A program made the position numbers and the translations under genes. Shown here in pieces: positions 1 to 13,036 of a DNA stretch of 64,000 bases. The stretch is taken from positions 8,619,839 to 8,683,838 of the forward strand of contig OZ316893.1 in NCBI GenBank assembly GCA_973895155.1, given 5' to 3'. The DNA is from Marsupella aquatica. Lineage: Eukaryota > Plantae > Marchantiophyta. The notes under the pieces were generated by a model. It was not told the DNA's origin. It did no database searches and was given only the letters and a program-made list of their open reading frames with translations. The first letter of the stretch is position 1, and each line of letters starts with the position of its first letter.

Positions 1-29
1 AAAAAGTAACCGTGCAGAAGCATAATGCC

Positions 30-480
30 CTTGTGTCTCAGTTTTGTGCCCTTTGTTGTGATTCTCTGTGTGCAATAGTCAACTGTTACAGGAGTACCTC
101 AATTAGTGTGACTAAAAGTGTGGGAGTACCTCTGTTGTGATTCTCCCTGTGCTACAGTAGTCAATTGTGACAGGAGCACCTCAATTATTTAGCAGACTAA
201 AAGTTTGGGAGCACCTTAGTTAGTGTGACTAAAGTGTGGGAGCACCTCAATTAGTGTGCTAAAAGTGTAATTAGTGTGACTAAAAGTGTGACTTAGTGTG
301 AACTATAATTTGAGTGACAGGCAAAAAGTGTGGGAGCACCTCAATTAGTGTGCTAAAAGTGAAATTAGTGTGACTAAAAGTGTGACTTCATGTGAACTGT
401 AATTTGAGTGACACCAGATATAATGTGACACTATTTCATGTGAGAAGGAAAATTTTAAGGGCTACCTAATAGTGTGACTA
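30..480. repeat. Cluster of short degenerate repeats (AATTAGTGTGACTAAAAGTGTG / GGGAGCACCTC), subterminal-repeat-like
   Basis: Motif recurs many times in the first 480 bp and resembles the GTGTGACACTAAT subterminal motifs of the element at 26284-28345; no terminus found in the window. Confidence 0.6.
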
Positions 481-1343
481 CCACACAAGTCCCTCCCTCT
501 TTATTTGCCTCTCGCAGTAAAGCAGTCATGGTCCCTACCACAACTGTACAAAATCTTCCTTTTCTTATTTTATAGTCATTGTTCATGGCAACATCCTTTT
601 TTCTGATTTTACTTTATTTACTAAGTAGTCGGTGTGGTAAGAATAGCATCCCGACCCTACCAGATCCATACCACTAAAAACCCGGACCACGAAACCGGAG
701 TTTTTCTATTCCCTTGAATGTCTTTCATCTCATCGGTTGATTGGTTTGTATGATGAGGGTCATTAGAAAGTTTTGGGAATCCACTTTTCTCCAAATTAGT
801 TTTGTAATTAGGTACCCAAGCTGTTATAGGTACTCAAGCTAGGCATAACAGCTTGGGTACATTATGCTCTACACAGACTTGACAATATAAAACGTTGGCT
901 AAAAAACCTTTTTTTAATGCATAATAGGATGCTGACGTGCCCTAGTAGCACAGAAAATAACATTAGGGAAACCCAACAGTACTGATAATTGATGAACTTA
1001 AAGTACTGTCAACTTAAGGTGCACATGGTCAGTGCACTTATTTATTAACATCTGATTTCATCCACGGATCTAAGAAACCCAATGGCATGCACCTTTTCTT
1101 GTGAACGTTATGCACCCTGGTCCACCACCATCAATCAAATGAGTTGATCAATCAAATTTGACGGAGATGTTCTCCATTGTTTTTAAGTAAACCTGTTAAA
1201 TATGAAGAAATTGTTTACTAGTATCCAAAAAGCAAGTAATAGAGTTACAGTTGTAAACCTTTTAGCAGTGGCTCTTTGTTATTTGGAATTTAGCTCTTTG
1301 ACATTTTGACATGATACAATTTGCGGGCATAACCAATTTTGTT

Positions 1344-1465
1344 TTTGTTGTTTTTTAAATTTTAAAGTGGAAATCCCACAGAAAGGGAAGAGTCAGCCAC
1401 AATAGTTGAACCCAAGACCTATCAGTCTCAACTCAATTGAGCTACCACAAAGTCATGCCTTTTTA
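1344..1465 (-). mobile_element. tRNA-derived SINE-like element, copy 1
   Basis: Reverse complement matches 50459-50617; A-box-like TAGCTCAATTG and B-box-like GGTTCAACT; T-rich tail on + strand; 18-bp TSD GGCATAACCA(A/T)TTTTGTT at 1326-1343 and 1466-1483. Confidence 0.75.
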
Positions 1466-2425
1466 GGCATAACCATTTTTGTTAACATTGTCCCAAACAC
1501 AAATGGACATGTTTAAGGAAACTGCAATCGTGCACGTTTGTGCTTGGGAAAGAAATCAATGATATATATGGTGGCTCAGAGTGCCACCAATTTCGCAAAA
1601 GACTTGTCATGAGGGTCCTTTAAAAAACAATATAAAGAGACATTGTGTTTTGTGCCAAATTAAATTGTACTTTCCATACCCTACAAGTGAGGGAAGGGGC
1701 TTTACCTGGGGCTTCATATTCATATATGGCATAGAACCCAAGTGAGTATGTTACTACTATACTTGCCCAATGTCCATGCATTGCATTGTATCATTCGCTG
1801 AATGATGGTATCTGATGTTAAGTGCGAGTGAGATGGGGTGGCCACACAATGAGTTGTTGTGGGGGGCAATAGGTGATTCTGCCATAAACCAGTAATTTAA
1901 TTACAGTTGTGAATTAGGGGTGCCTAGAAAAACTTATTGGGATGTCCTTTCCAAAAACAATTGGTCGTGACAGGTCCCTTTTTCTTTCCTATGTAAACTG
2001 GATGATAATTTTATGTAGTCCATGAGGATAGGCTGGGACAAATCTTGGTCCATCCGGACTTGGGTTTCTGGACTGCCACTCAAACATTAATACATTGTAT
2101 TAAAAATTATTATTGCCACCTCTTAGGAAGAATTACTTTTGAAATTCAGCTCACTAAGGTGAAATAATTATCCTCTTAGTTTGCTACTGGAAGGACAATA
2201 TAATGAAGTCTATTGCAGGATGAACCTGCCATAATTCCAGGAGGGCAAAGGAGAGTGGGCTTGTTAAAACTGTTCCAATGACCACAACTCACAGGAAAGT
2301 TCACTCGCAGCTAGATTGGAGAGCCAGAATCTGTCATCAACACCAGCCTGAAAATAGTTGACTGATTATGACAAGACTAGCCCAATGCCCGTGCGTTGCA
2401 CAAAATATGTTGAGGAGAGAAACGA

Positions 2426-3412
2426 GAGATATATGCTTGATGGGCCCCCTGGTGAACCTTTCTTACCTGATGGGCCCCTAGGTAACTTTTTTTTACCAAG
2501 TAGGACCCCTCTTAATGACCAGTACACTTGTTCTTGTGTGGTGCCTACACCTGTCCTTGTGTGGTGCCTACTATGTATGGTGACTCCAAGCAAACTGCAC
2601 AGTTGAACCGTGCGGTCAACCTTGCGGTCAACCTTGCATGGTCGACCAAGAAATCACGGAGATGATTCGGGAGAAACCGCGAAAAGCGACTGCCGCTGTC
2701 GAAACTATGATTTGAAGACAATATGCATTATGTCTTTGGATTCAATGGGTTAATGCCTGAAGACTCAATGGATTATGTCTTCCCGTGTTTCAAGGTTTAA
2801 GGTTTAGGGTGTACCCCGACACCTTTGGGTCTGTCTTCTTTTGAAATTGTTTGTATGCATTGCACAGGGAGTATTACCATTTTTTGAGCGCAATTGTCAA
2901 TCATTTGCCAATTTTTTTTGTGGCGGCAGTAGGCAAATTCTGAACATTGAACTTGAATATTCTTTGTGGACATTTGGAGGTACCCCACACTGACGCTGAC
3001 AGTCGTGCATGAAAACATCATGAAAAACCCATGTGCGCAACGTGAAAAAATACCTAATAACTACCACACGATACGGTAAAAATTTGAATCCAAAGACATA
3101 ATCCATTGTGTCTTCAGGCATTAACCCAGTGAATCCGAAGACATAATGCATATTGTCTTCAAATCGCAGTTTCGACAGCGGCAGTCGCTTTTCGCGGTTT
3201 CTCCCGAATAATCTCTGTGGTTTCTCGGTCGACCATGTAAAGTCGACCGCATGGTTCAACTGTGCAGTTTGCTTGGAGTCACCATACATAGTAGGCACCA
3301 CACAAGAACAGGTGTACTGGTCATTAAGAGGGGTCCTACTTGGTTAAAAAAGTTACCTAGGGGCCCATCAGGTAAGAAAGGTTCACCAGGGGGCCCATCA
3401 AGCATATATCTT
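2426..3412. mobile_element. Mutator-like (MULE) foldback MITE, 987 bp
   Basis: ~330-bp inverted repeats (GAGATATATGCTTGATGGGCCCC... / ...GGGGCCCATCAAGCATATATCTT); 9-bp TSD GAGAAACGA at 2417-2425 and 3413-3421. Confidence 0.9.
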
Positions 3413-3420
3413 GAGAAACG

Positions 3421-4120
3421 ATGTTGAAGTGAGAAACATATGTTGAGGTGATGAAAGATGTCACAGAGAGAAAAGATGTCAAGGTGAGCAAAAGATTTCA
3501 AGGAAATAAATGATTTCGGGGTGAGAAAATATGGCAAAGAGATAAAAGATGTCTTGGTGAGCAAAAGATGTCAAGGAGATAAAAGATGTCTTGGTGAGCA
3601 AAAGATGTCAAGGAGATAAAAGATGTTGAGGTGATAAAAGATGTCGAGGAGAGAAGTTAATTGTCAATGTGAGAAAAATGTGAAGGTGGTAAACACGTCC
3701 AGGCGAGAAACGATGTTGAAGTGAGGAAAAGATATTGAGGTGAAAAAAGCCAGGAAAAAGATGTCGATGAGAAAAAGAAGTCAAGGTGAGAAAAATGTCA
3801 AGGAGAGAAACTATGGTGAGGTGACAAAGAGACGTAAAGACGAAGGAAAGATCTTAAGGAGAGAAAAAACGTCAAGGGTGAGGAAAAGATCTGAAGGTGA
3901 GGAAAGTATGGCAAGATTAGAAAAACACAAGATGTTGAGGCGAGGAAAAGATGTCAAGCCAAGTGAGAAAAATTCTCAAGGAAAGAAAAGATGTCGAGGG
4001 TAAGAAAAAATGTAGTGGTGAGATAAAGATGTGAATGTGAGATAAATATATCAAAGCAAGACAAAGATGTTGAGAAGAAATAAATATGTAAAGATTAAAA
4101 AAGGATGTCAAGGCAAGGCA
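3421..4120 (+). repeat. Degenerate ~20-bp purine-rich tandem repeat (GAGAAAAGATGTCAAGGTGA-like)
   Basis: AAAAGATGT core recurs at roughly 20-bp spacing; explains the low-complexity K/R-rich ORF 3740-4003. Confidence 0.75.
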
Positions 4121-5904
4121 AAAACAAAAACGCTTTGCGATGTAGTGGTGAGGCATGTTATGTGTGATCTTGAACGATTATATAGTTGTTGTGGTCGTGT
4201 TCAATAACCCGTGCGTTGCACATAAAACTTAGAGACCCAAGATAGTAGCCACCACATCATAGAGTTTAATTATGTTTTTGTGGGCAGGCTAAAGGGCAAG
4301 CAATTTATTCTAAATGAGGTTCGTGGATATTTCTGAAAAAGTCCAAAAATAATAGTTTAGACAAAGGATCAAGATTGGTTTCCACTTTTCCCTGACTTTG
4401 TTTTAATTGGCTTCAAATAATTAGTTTTTAGCTTTTTGAAAAAAAACTACTTAAGTTCACTCCCATTAAAAAATGTAATTTTCACAATCACATACACCCA
4501 TTTTAGTTTATTTCATATTCCTAATTCTACATGTATTTCATTTTAGATACATAGGCTTTTAACATGTAATGATTGAGTACCTCTATTAAATATACTTATG
4601 TGTACCAAAATGTCTTGGTGTTCTTAACTTGTACCCCTTCGGTCTCCCCTTATAATTATTACTGCCCCTCATAATTATTATCACCTACGTACCCTAAGGT
4701 CCTATTTGCTTTGGTGGACAGTTAGTTCTAGCTGATCAAAGGCTAGAATTAAACCTAACATAAATCCAATGGTCAGGCTTTGTTTCCACCAAATCTGAGT
4801 TTGTAAAGGGACGATTGACTACTTTTGGCGGGCTTCTTTATTATAGTTGTAGATGAGTCTTGATGAAAGTGCTCCAAGTGTGATTGCAACAGAAATGAGG
4901 ATCACCACCAGCTCATGTAAAGTCTTCAATCTTGAGAGTGGCCAATGTTCACAGCTAGATCCTCCTAGTCATTTCAAGCATTCCACTCATGGGGGCTCCA
5001 CTTCTCTACCCTTTCATGCACAAAGCACATGATTGTATATGGTGCTTGCTTGTTTTTGAATTTTGTTGGAAACAGTTTTTATGTGGGTCTGGTTAATTGG
5101 CAAAAACATTTCTCTTCAAATTTGGTTTTGGTGGTACTTTCTTCGTTTTAAGCCAGTTTTTGTCAAAAAGAGCCATCACTCCTGCTTACAATGAGCAAGT
5201 TTGAGGATAGGGCTACTAGATTTTGAATGTAATATTTTGTTTTTGTAAAAACTGACCTTTGCCGACAGTTCTACTAGAATTTAGGCTATTGACCAAAGTT
5301 TTTAGGGGCAAAACTTTGCTGTTATTCACCAGGTTTATAAAATAGATACAGTGAAGGCAGAACAATTTGCTCTTCCCAATATACTTTCCAATCAAAATTA
5401 CCCCACTAGTGTTGTCAACTTGCAACACTTATAGTACTAACGGAGAACCCAGATCTCCATGTACCGTTTGATGACAGTCTCTTCTTTCCCTGCTTAGCAT
5501 GGTTGCATTTTCAAAAGAAACCTATCAGCCAGCCAACAAGCAAACCAGAGACCCATCGACTATTGAAAGTACCCCCTCCCAACTTACTTTCCCTCCGTCT
5601 CTCTGAGGCTGAGTATATTTTAATTGCAAAAATTAGCCATTTGAGTCCACCCTACTAAAAATTATCCACCACATTTGGTGGAAATTAGCTACTGTAGGTT
5701 TTTTGGTCTCCGATTAGCCAATGTCACACCTAGCCAGAGACCCACTATGCAGACTTTGACAGCTTTCTTAATCTACGGAGATCTAACAATCTAGAGAGAA
5801 TTAACAGTCCTAGCATCTTCTGTTTACACCAGGTGACTGTTCCAAGGCTCCCTTTGAGCTGTTGACCCTCCAGCCAACTAAATTTCAAACTGCCAACAAA
5901 CTAA

Positions 5905-7099
5905 CAGCAAAATAATTGATGGGGCCCCTCTAATGAAATATATTCCTGACCAGCCTCTAACTTTCCAAATATACTTAATGGGGCCCCTTGTCCCTGTAAC
6001 CCTTTCTCAGGACCTGTCACATTAGTATTTCCATTTTTTAATTATAATATATTGTAAAACTTTATCCGTCAGTCCACCAGATGTATTGTCTAGAAACAAT
6101 TCAATGTACATTTGTTTGAAAATACATATATAATTTATGTATGAAGTATTTAGCATTTCTGACTGCCATATTCGCTGCCCATATTCATTTGTTTCAGGTT
6201 TTTAAATACTTCTACAAGGGAAGTAGTACTTAAGATAAGTAAAATTTGCTCTCTTTAGTTATTTTCTCTCAATAGTCTGGAATACTCATACCTGAACGGA
6301 TTTCTCCAAAGCATAGTTTTACCTGAAATTTAAAAAGATGAACCAATGGGTTTGGGTGCTATTCGGGTGCTATTTGGGTGATATTTAAAAAAAAGTTATT
6401 TTCAATCCAACAGCAAAGCACAGCGTAACCTTCCGATTGCTGCTGAACACCCGAGTGTATATTTATACAAATAATAAACCCTTCCCCAAAACATCAACCA
6501 TGGATTATGAACTTCTTTGGCACCTACGTTACCATCTCTGGTACCTGCAGGTACAATGGTCTGGACACATGGGAGGTACACTGCGCTTGGCCATGGAAGG
6601 TATGCTAAGCTCAACAGACTTTGTTCCAAGGTATACAACGCTGTTTTGGGCAGCCAAGCTTCCCATACCTTCCATGGCCAAGCGTGTTGCTAGTGTTGTT
6701 CAAGAAAATAGGGTATGACATGTAGGTGGCTGGCAGCCCTACTCCCAATGAGTACTTTTAGTAATTGTTAGGGAATAACTAAAGAGAATAAATACTCCGT
6801 ACTTTCTGTGCAGGAGTGATATTTAAAATGAATATGAGAGTGATAGGGGCTAAATACTTTGTACATACGATGTATACATATTTTAAACAAGAGTACATTG
6901 AAAATTGATTCTGAAGAGTATATTTGATGGAATGACTTAGATAATTGTGAGATCATGTTACAATTAAAAACTGAAAAAATTAATATGACAGGTCCTGAGA
7001 AAGGGTTACAGGGACAAGGGACCCCATTAAGTATATTTGGAAAGTTTGGGGCCCGTCAGGAGTATATTTCATTAGAGGGCTCCATCAAGTATTTTGCTG
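5905..7099. mobile_element. MULE-like non-autonomous foldback element, 1195 bp
   Basis: TIRs CAGCAAAATAATTGATGGGGCCCCTCTAATGAAATA... / ...TATTTCATTAGAGGGCTCCATCAAGTATTTTGCTG, with degenerate inverted similarity extending ~350 bp; 10-bp TSD AACAAACTAA at 5895-5904 and 7100-7109. Confidence 0.88.
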
Positions 7100-8808
7100 A
7101 ACAAACTAAAGGTATCTACGTGGGACGTACTATCCTGAGTCAGGAGCCCCAATACAAAGGAAAATCCCCAAAGACCAATGAGCCACAAAGCCTTAGAGTC
7201 CTGCCTTCCTTTCCTGTCTCCTGATAATTAGAAGCCACTGTGCTCTCTTCCGAAAAAGGCATGGATGGAAAAAAATTGAAGACAAATACGTCAATAGGGA
7301 GCCATTTAAAAGGGGGACGAATTAGTGTTTATCTAAAACGTTAAATGGATATAATAAAATCCAAATGCACTGAAAACATAAAACAGTAATCCAGTAAGGC
7401 GCAGTGTACGTTTAATAAGTGTGACCTTCACGAATAAAACTTGAGCAGGTCATGAGAGATTCTCAATAAGGGGAAGTCAGGCCAATTTGATTGCACTGGG
7501 TTCATTAAATTGATTCACCATTTCCCACGAAAGAATGGTACTTCAAGTGAATGCATGAAATGAAATGAATGAATAGATAATTGAGATGACTAGATGAATG
7601 AAAGATAAACTGACCTCGTATCTCAAAGATTAGCGTGTGAATTCCTTCTTTCCCTCTTTTTTTTGGGTTGTTTGGTATCTGACTCCCCTCGGCCTGTTGC
7701 CCCTTGATAAACCAGGCCCGTGACCAAAGAGGTTTGGTCACAAAAGGTGAACTGTTACAAATATATTCTCTTTAGTATTGTACATTGTATTTTTCAGAAT
7801 CATATGGGCAGAAAAAAATTGGAGGCATTTTCAGGCCTCCACCACAAAGCCAATAATTCCCGGTTTGAGAATGGATCTTTTCTCTTCGGCATGAAATCCT
7901 TCTTTTCAGGATGCAAGCTGCTCCTAATATATCTATCATCAGTCGTCTTACTTAAGGATCATCGATACCTTTCCTTCTCATCTGATGGAGAGGGCTCTCG
8001 GATTTGCTCCATGGGGTATCCCCGGTTCCAGGCACAGATGCTCAGTTAGATATATCGGCCTGCTCTCATTCCTCATGCTCGAGGTGCAGAGCTCTGCCAA
8101 GTAATGGAGGTTATAGCTGGTTGAGCGCTCTTTCGACTATTGGGATTGTCCGGGCTCAGAATGGGATCTGGCACTTTGCTATGTCCTTTCTTCTGGTCAT
8201 GATGGGTGGCACAGCTGTGGGATGCATTCTGGATGCTGCGGTGTAGTTCATGGGTGACAGGTGCGGTGTGGCAGATGTGGTTTGGCAGTCTATGGGGAAT
8301 GGTGATCAGCGGTGGCATTGACAGTTTCTGGAAGGATTACTGGTTTTGGTTCGACTCTTTGTAGCACCTTCAATTCCCCACTTTTCTCTTTCTCTAGGCT
8401 CGGTTTCGGTGGCGGACATCCGCTTTCTGGGGCCCTCCTCTCCTCTCTTGTTCTGCCTCCTCCCATTAGGTGGAATGGATTGGTTTGGCCCTCCTTCTTC
8501 TCTCTGGGGTGCTGCCTCTCCTAGCCCCCCTTTCATGTTGGTTTTGTCTTTTCCCGTCTCCTCCTCTTAGGCGTTCCACCCTGTTTTGCCGTAGTTAATA
8601 AAATTTCTCAAGCATTTGGCCTTTCACCCCCCCTGCCCACCCAAATTAAAAAACAAAATTAGCGTATCTGAGGATTGAACTAATTCACTACAACCGAGTA
8701 ATGTATTTTCAGTCTTGGAAGAAGAAGAAACTCTTAGAATCCTGCCACGGAACACCATTCTGCGGGCCACTCTTTAGAAACCCATTTTTGACCGGGTGCT
8801 TCACACAG

Positions 8809-10230
8809 TTACTAACATTGGTACAAGAATGTTTGCAAGTAGACAATTTTGTTCATTCCAGGACTTAATTCCAGATGTGTTGCTTTGAGTGAACTGTATG
8901 GCCACAACTGAAGAAATACTTCAATCACGGGGCGGAATTCATTAAATTGCACATGTCACATTGTCGCTCAGTTATTTGTGTTGAGATCAGTTGGTCAGAA
9001 GTGGCGCCACCTTTTCAATAACACAAATTGATGGGAATTATCAAGATTCCAGCAAAAGATTTTGAAAACCTCCTGTAGCTCCGTTATGTTGAAGGTCCTC
9101 ATCTGCCTGAGGATTACATCCCGAACGAACCTATCCCTCCGAAATTCAGAGTTTATATTCAGAGTCCCCAATCTAAGTTCTTGGTGCAATGTCCTCCAAG
9201 CTGATTTCCATATTTGCAAAACATTAGGATTGGTGCTTCTATCCAGTAGAAAAATGGGAATTTCTGATCTGCTGTTCCCACATGGTGATCTGAAAAAAAA
9301 ACCCGAGGGAGAGGAATAGAAAAGCTGATTAAACGATGCAGGGCGGTGATTTAAAACTTGAAGGAAAAGTGTTTTGATCAATGAGTTGAACATCGGGTGT
9401 TTTTTTGGTCTCGGTTTCTTGACTTTGGATTCTCCTATTTTCAGAGCGTCATAAGAAATTCTGAACTGTCCAGGATGGCGAGACCGCGTCAAGATGTGTT
9501 CTTCAAGAGGTCTGAGACCTCGTGATCGAAGAAAAATGAACGGAAGCAACGAATCGAGAAGACTTCTCTAACAAATTCAAGATGTCTGATTGACAGGCTC
9601 CTAGACAACTCAGTTGAAAACCACATAATTTGGCCTTGTTTGAAATATCATTCTAAACGAGTAGGAAAACTTCCTCACAAATTGGTAGTTGAACGAGTGA
9701 AAGAAATTATGCGGCTAGGCTTGACATAGAGAAGAAAATGTCTCTCGAGAATTATTAGGTCTTCAAAAAGCAAATGACACATTCTACTGTTTTTTGGTCA
9801 CATTAATCTTAGTGTGGATAAGTTGACCTTCACCTCGCTTCATCAAAGTTTTCAGCGCCCTTTTTCTCCTCTCTTGCAATACCTCTGCTTCTACATATTG
9901 GCACTGGACGGATTTCTCAGCAATATGGAGTTGGTGACTGGCCGGGTGACTGTTGAGTCTATAAAAGACGCCTCCTCTGATACAGAAGAAACCTTTGTGG
10001 AATACCATATCGTCAAAGAAAACTTTCCCATCTTGCAACTATGGGCTCGTGCTCGATGGTCACCAAAACTACAGGGGCAGACTTTGGACATTGCAAATGT
10101 TTGAAACAAGAGCAATATTGGTTGATCATAAAGTTAGGGGATGAGTGAAGCTAAACTATCTCAACTAACATGAACATTGTTGTCGTGGTGACAGCTTGTC
10201 TGAGAGAGCCTTGAGGGGAGTGCGAAATGG
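8809..10230 (-). pseudogene. Decayed intronless ORF of ~470 codons, unknown family
   Basis: ORFs 9784-10038 and 8995-9549 are in one frame; manual translation from ~10230 to 8812 shows only TAG/TGA interruptions, no TAA and no frameshift before the terminal TAG TAA. Confidence 0.6.
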
Positions 10231-13010
10231 ACATGAAAGCAAGAGTACAGGCACGCCGACTTATCTTGATTGACAATGCTGGTTTATCATATTAAACTAA
10301 ACTGAAATTTACTGACATGCCACTTTCTCATGATGTTGGTTTGTCATCTTAAATTAAACTGAGATCTACTACCATGCCACGCTGCCCTCATGCATCAACT
10401 CCTCTCCCTCCTGCCAATCTATGTGACACCCACTCGGTGGGACTACTCCCCAAAGTTGTCTGTTCACTAGATTTCAGAGAACTTTTGCAGGCGGGCTAGC
10501 TCACAGTTCTACTGTCTCTGAAACTTTTCAGGGATTTCTATACAGTGGTTTCGGAACAATCACAGAATTCCAACTCGACTGCTAATTGCCGACAGTTGCT
10601 GGTCCTGACAACACCCACTCGATGCGATTACTTCCAAGGTGTTCCTATTCAAAACATATATTTCGACAAAAGTTCACCAGCGCGGTTGCTGAACTCTCTA
10701 CTTCCTCTCTCTGAGAAATTTGAGGAACTTCTATAGAGGCGTTTGATAGATACAAAGTATTCTTACGTGACTGCCAAGGCAATTGATGAGCACAATGATA
10801 ACAGGAGGGGGAGGCAATGGTGGTAGAGAAGTGGTTTTACAAGACCTTGGGGCCACTTTGAGCCACTTTCAGTGTTGTTTTACCAAAGCTCATCTATCCC
10901 CATTTAACATTCTAAAGATAGACTTGTACTGGGGATAAAAGATAAAAGTTAACAAAGAGAGTTTGGAATCAGTTTATGGCCCCCAATTGTAGCTAATTGC
11001 AAATGATGCTAAAATATTTTGTTAGGAGACAGGTTGGGGATCCACTGCACCTAAAAGCCACAGAGTTCTTTGGCTAGGGCCCTTCTTGCTCTGACAAGAG
11101 AAGATCTCATGAGAGGCCCACTTTTAATGTAGAGACTCAAAATAGAAAGGGACCAAGCAGCCAAACTTGGAGTACTAAAATCTATGACAAAAAATGTGCT
11201 CCACGTAATTAAAATTTGGACGGTTCACTCCTTTTCATGTAGGATCACAAATAGTTTGGAACATAACAGCCCCCAACGTCTTGTAAAGTGATCAGCAACT
11301 GTATTTCCCGAATGAATGGCCTTGATCACATCATTCTAGGAGACCTTGAAATTTCCCCCAATGGTCTGTAAATCCATCGCTAGCAACTCTATCCAAGCCA
11401 TTGCTGGCAAGTCCAGAAATTAAGAACAGGAGGTCGATCAGGATGTTAGATAACCCCATGTGGTGTGCGTTAAAAGTTTGGCTTACTTACTAATAAAAAA
11501 GAAATACTCTAGTGGCAATTAGGGATTATAGCATGTTCATCCTACTACATGCCTATTTTGACTTATCTAAAAGAGTTTATTTCATTAGTTTACTAAAAAC
11601 AAGTATTGAAAGAATGATTATAGGAAAATTAATGAAAAAACTATGTACCTTTTTAAAAGTGAGAAAAGTACATGTGCATTAATTTCTAGGTACTAGTCAA
11701 TGTACTTATATAAGTACAACACTTTATGATTCAAAGAGCATGAGCTGAACTTTGTTTAAAAAAAAAATTCTGCTCTATTTTGGCTCTTTATTTAGGTGAC
11801 ACCTGTTCATGAATAAACCAGGAACAATGTAAATAACCAATTGAATATAAGGTGCACTCATCAATGAATAGTGTACTAGTTGCTTGGTTGAAGGGTCCAA
11901 CTTCTCATGCAAGTAAGAAATATGCCCCTGAAAATGTTTTTAAAAATGTTTTGAAAATTATAGGGGACCTAATAAAAACTAAGGAAATTAAAAAAGTTAA
12001 AAGGGTTGCCAAAATGACTAAATTGTAAAGAATACATGGGTGAAACATCTACTAGCTGGGGCAAATTAACATAAAAATACATTTTAATCAAATTGAATGA
12101 GACAAGATAGCCAAAGAGTGTCCCACCATATAATAGCCTCGAATATAGGAAAGTGACAGTGACATGACAGTGAATTGAAGCCATAATGGATCTGCAACTT
12201 TACCAAAATATTAGAATGGACTTTTGCAACCTGGATGAATTGTCCATACTTAGGGAAACCCTTGCTTTCTCTCATTTTTGTACGCATTACACAGATGAGT
12301 AAAATGTTATAAGAAAATGAGACAAAGTCATCCTAGAAATTTAATGTACAATATGATTGTCAATTCTAGATGAAAATTTCCCACATTAGGCTCATTGGAA
12401 AGATCTCTCCAGGTTTTTTCTGACAAATCCCAGTATTTGGATTCAACTGTACATTCAGGGAGATATTATTGGGGCTCGTTGGAAAGATGTTTCCAAGTTT
12501 TTTCTAACAAACCCGGAAATTCAGAATTCAACTGTACATTCAGGGAGATATTATTGAATAATTATCAAAGTTAGGTGCTCAAAAGTTTTGGAAGTGCAAC
12601 TTAGCAAGGATAGTGAAATATTATGGTCAGACTAATCTCACAATAATTCATAAAAACTACTGTGTAGATATTGATTTGCTGGAAAGATCTTTACAAGCCA
12701 CTCCTAACGAACACAAGAAGTCAGAGCAGATTCACTTGGATATCAGGTCACACATTGAAGTTCAAACTCTGTAGTTGAGAACTTTATGAAATTAAACTAT
12801 ATGCGTGTCCATGAGTGAGAACTTTATGGAAAGTGTATGGGTGTCAGTAAGTGAAGTGGAGGACTCATGAATCCATGGGAGTATCGTTTTGTGGCATAGC
12901 AGTAAACTAAAATATATGTCGTGGTCACTGTCCAGATCTTCTTAGTTCGTTATTGTGCTCGTGTGTTCTAAGTTTGCGGAAAGCTTGAATTACCTGCGGC
13001 TAATGCGTTC

Positions 13011-13036
13011 TACGGTGTTTGAAATGTTGCGGGGAG
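13011..13036 (+). repeat. Left TIR of the giant element
   Basis: TACGGTGTTTGAAATGTTGCGGGGAG; patchy inverted similarity (AAAAAG...GAGAGAAAATAT) continues to ~13071. Confidence 0.85.

Larger units (their letters stand above)
2377..4225 (-). mobile_element. Possible non-autonomous Helitron remnant (3' end at 2377)
   Basis: Minus strand reads GTGCAACGCACGGGCATTGGGCTAG-T, resembling the plant Helitron 3' hairpin + CTAG; second CCCGTGCGTTGCAC at ~4208-4221; 5' end not located, so the right coordinate is approximate. Confidence 0.35.

Noticed and set aside
2358-4156. Mirror-image and K/R-rich ORFs
   Set aside because: Produced by MITE inverted repeats and a purine-rich tandem repeat
10900-11460. 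Degraded LINE ORF1-like sequence
   Set aside because: Only vague resemblance; no diagnostic motif or continuous frame
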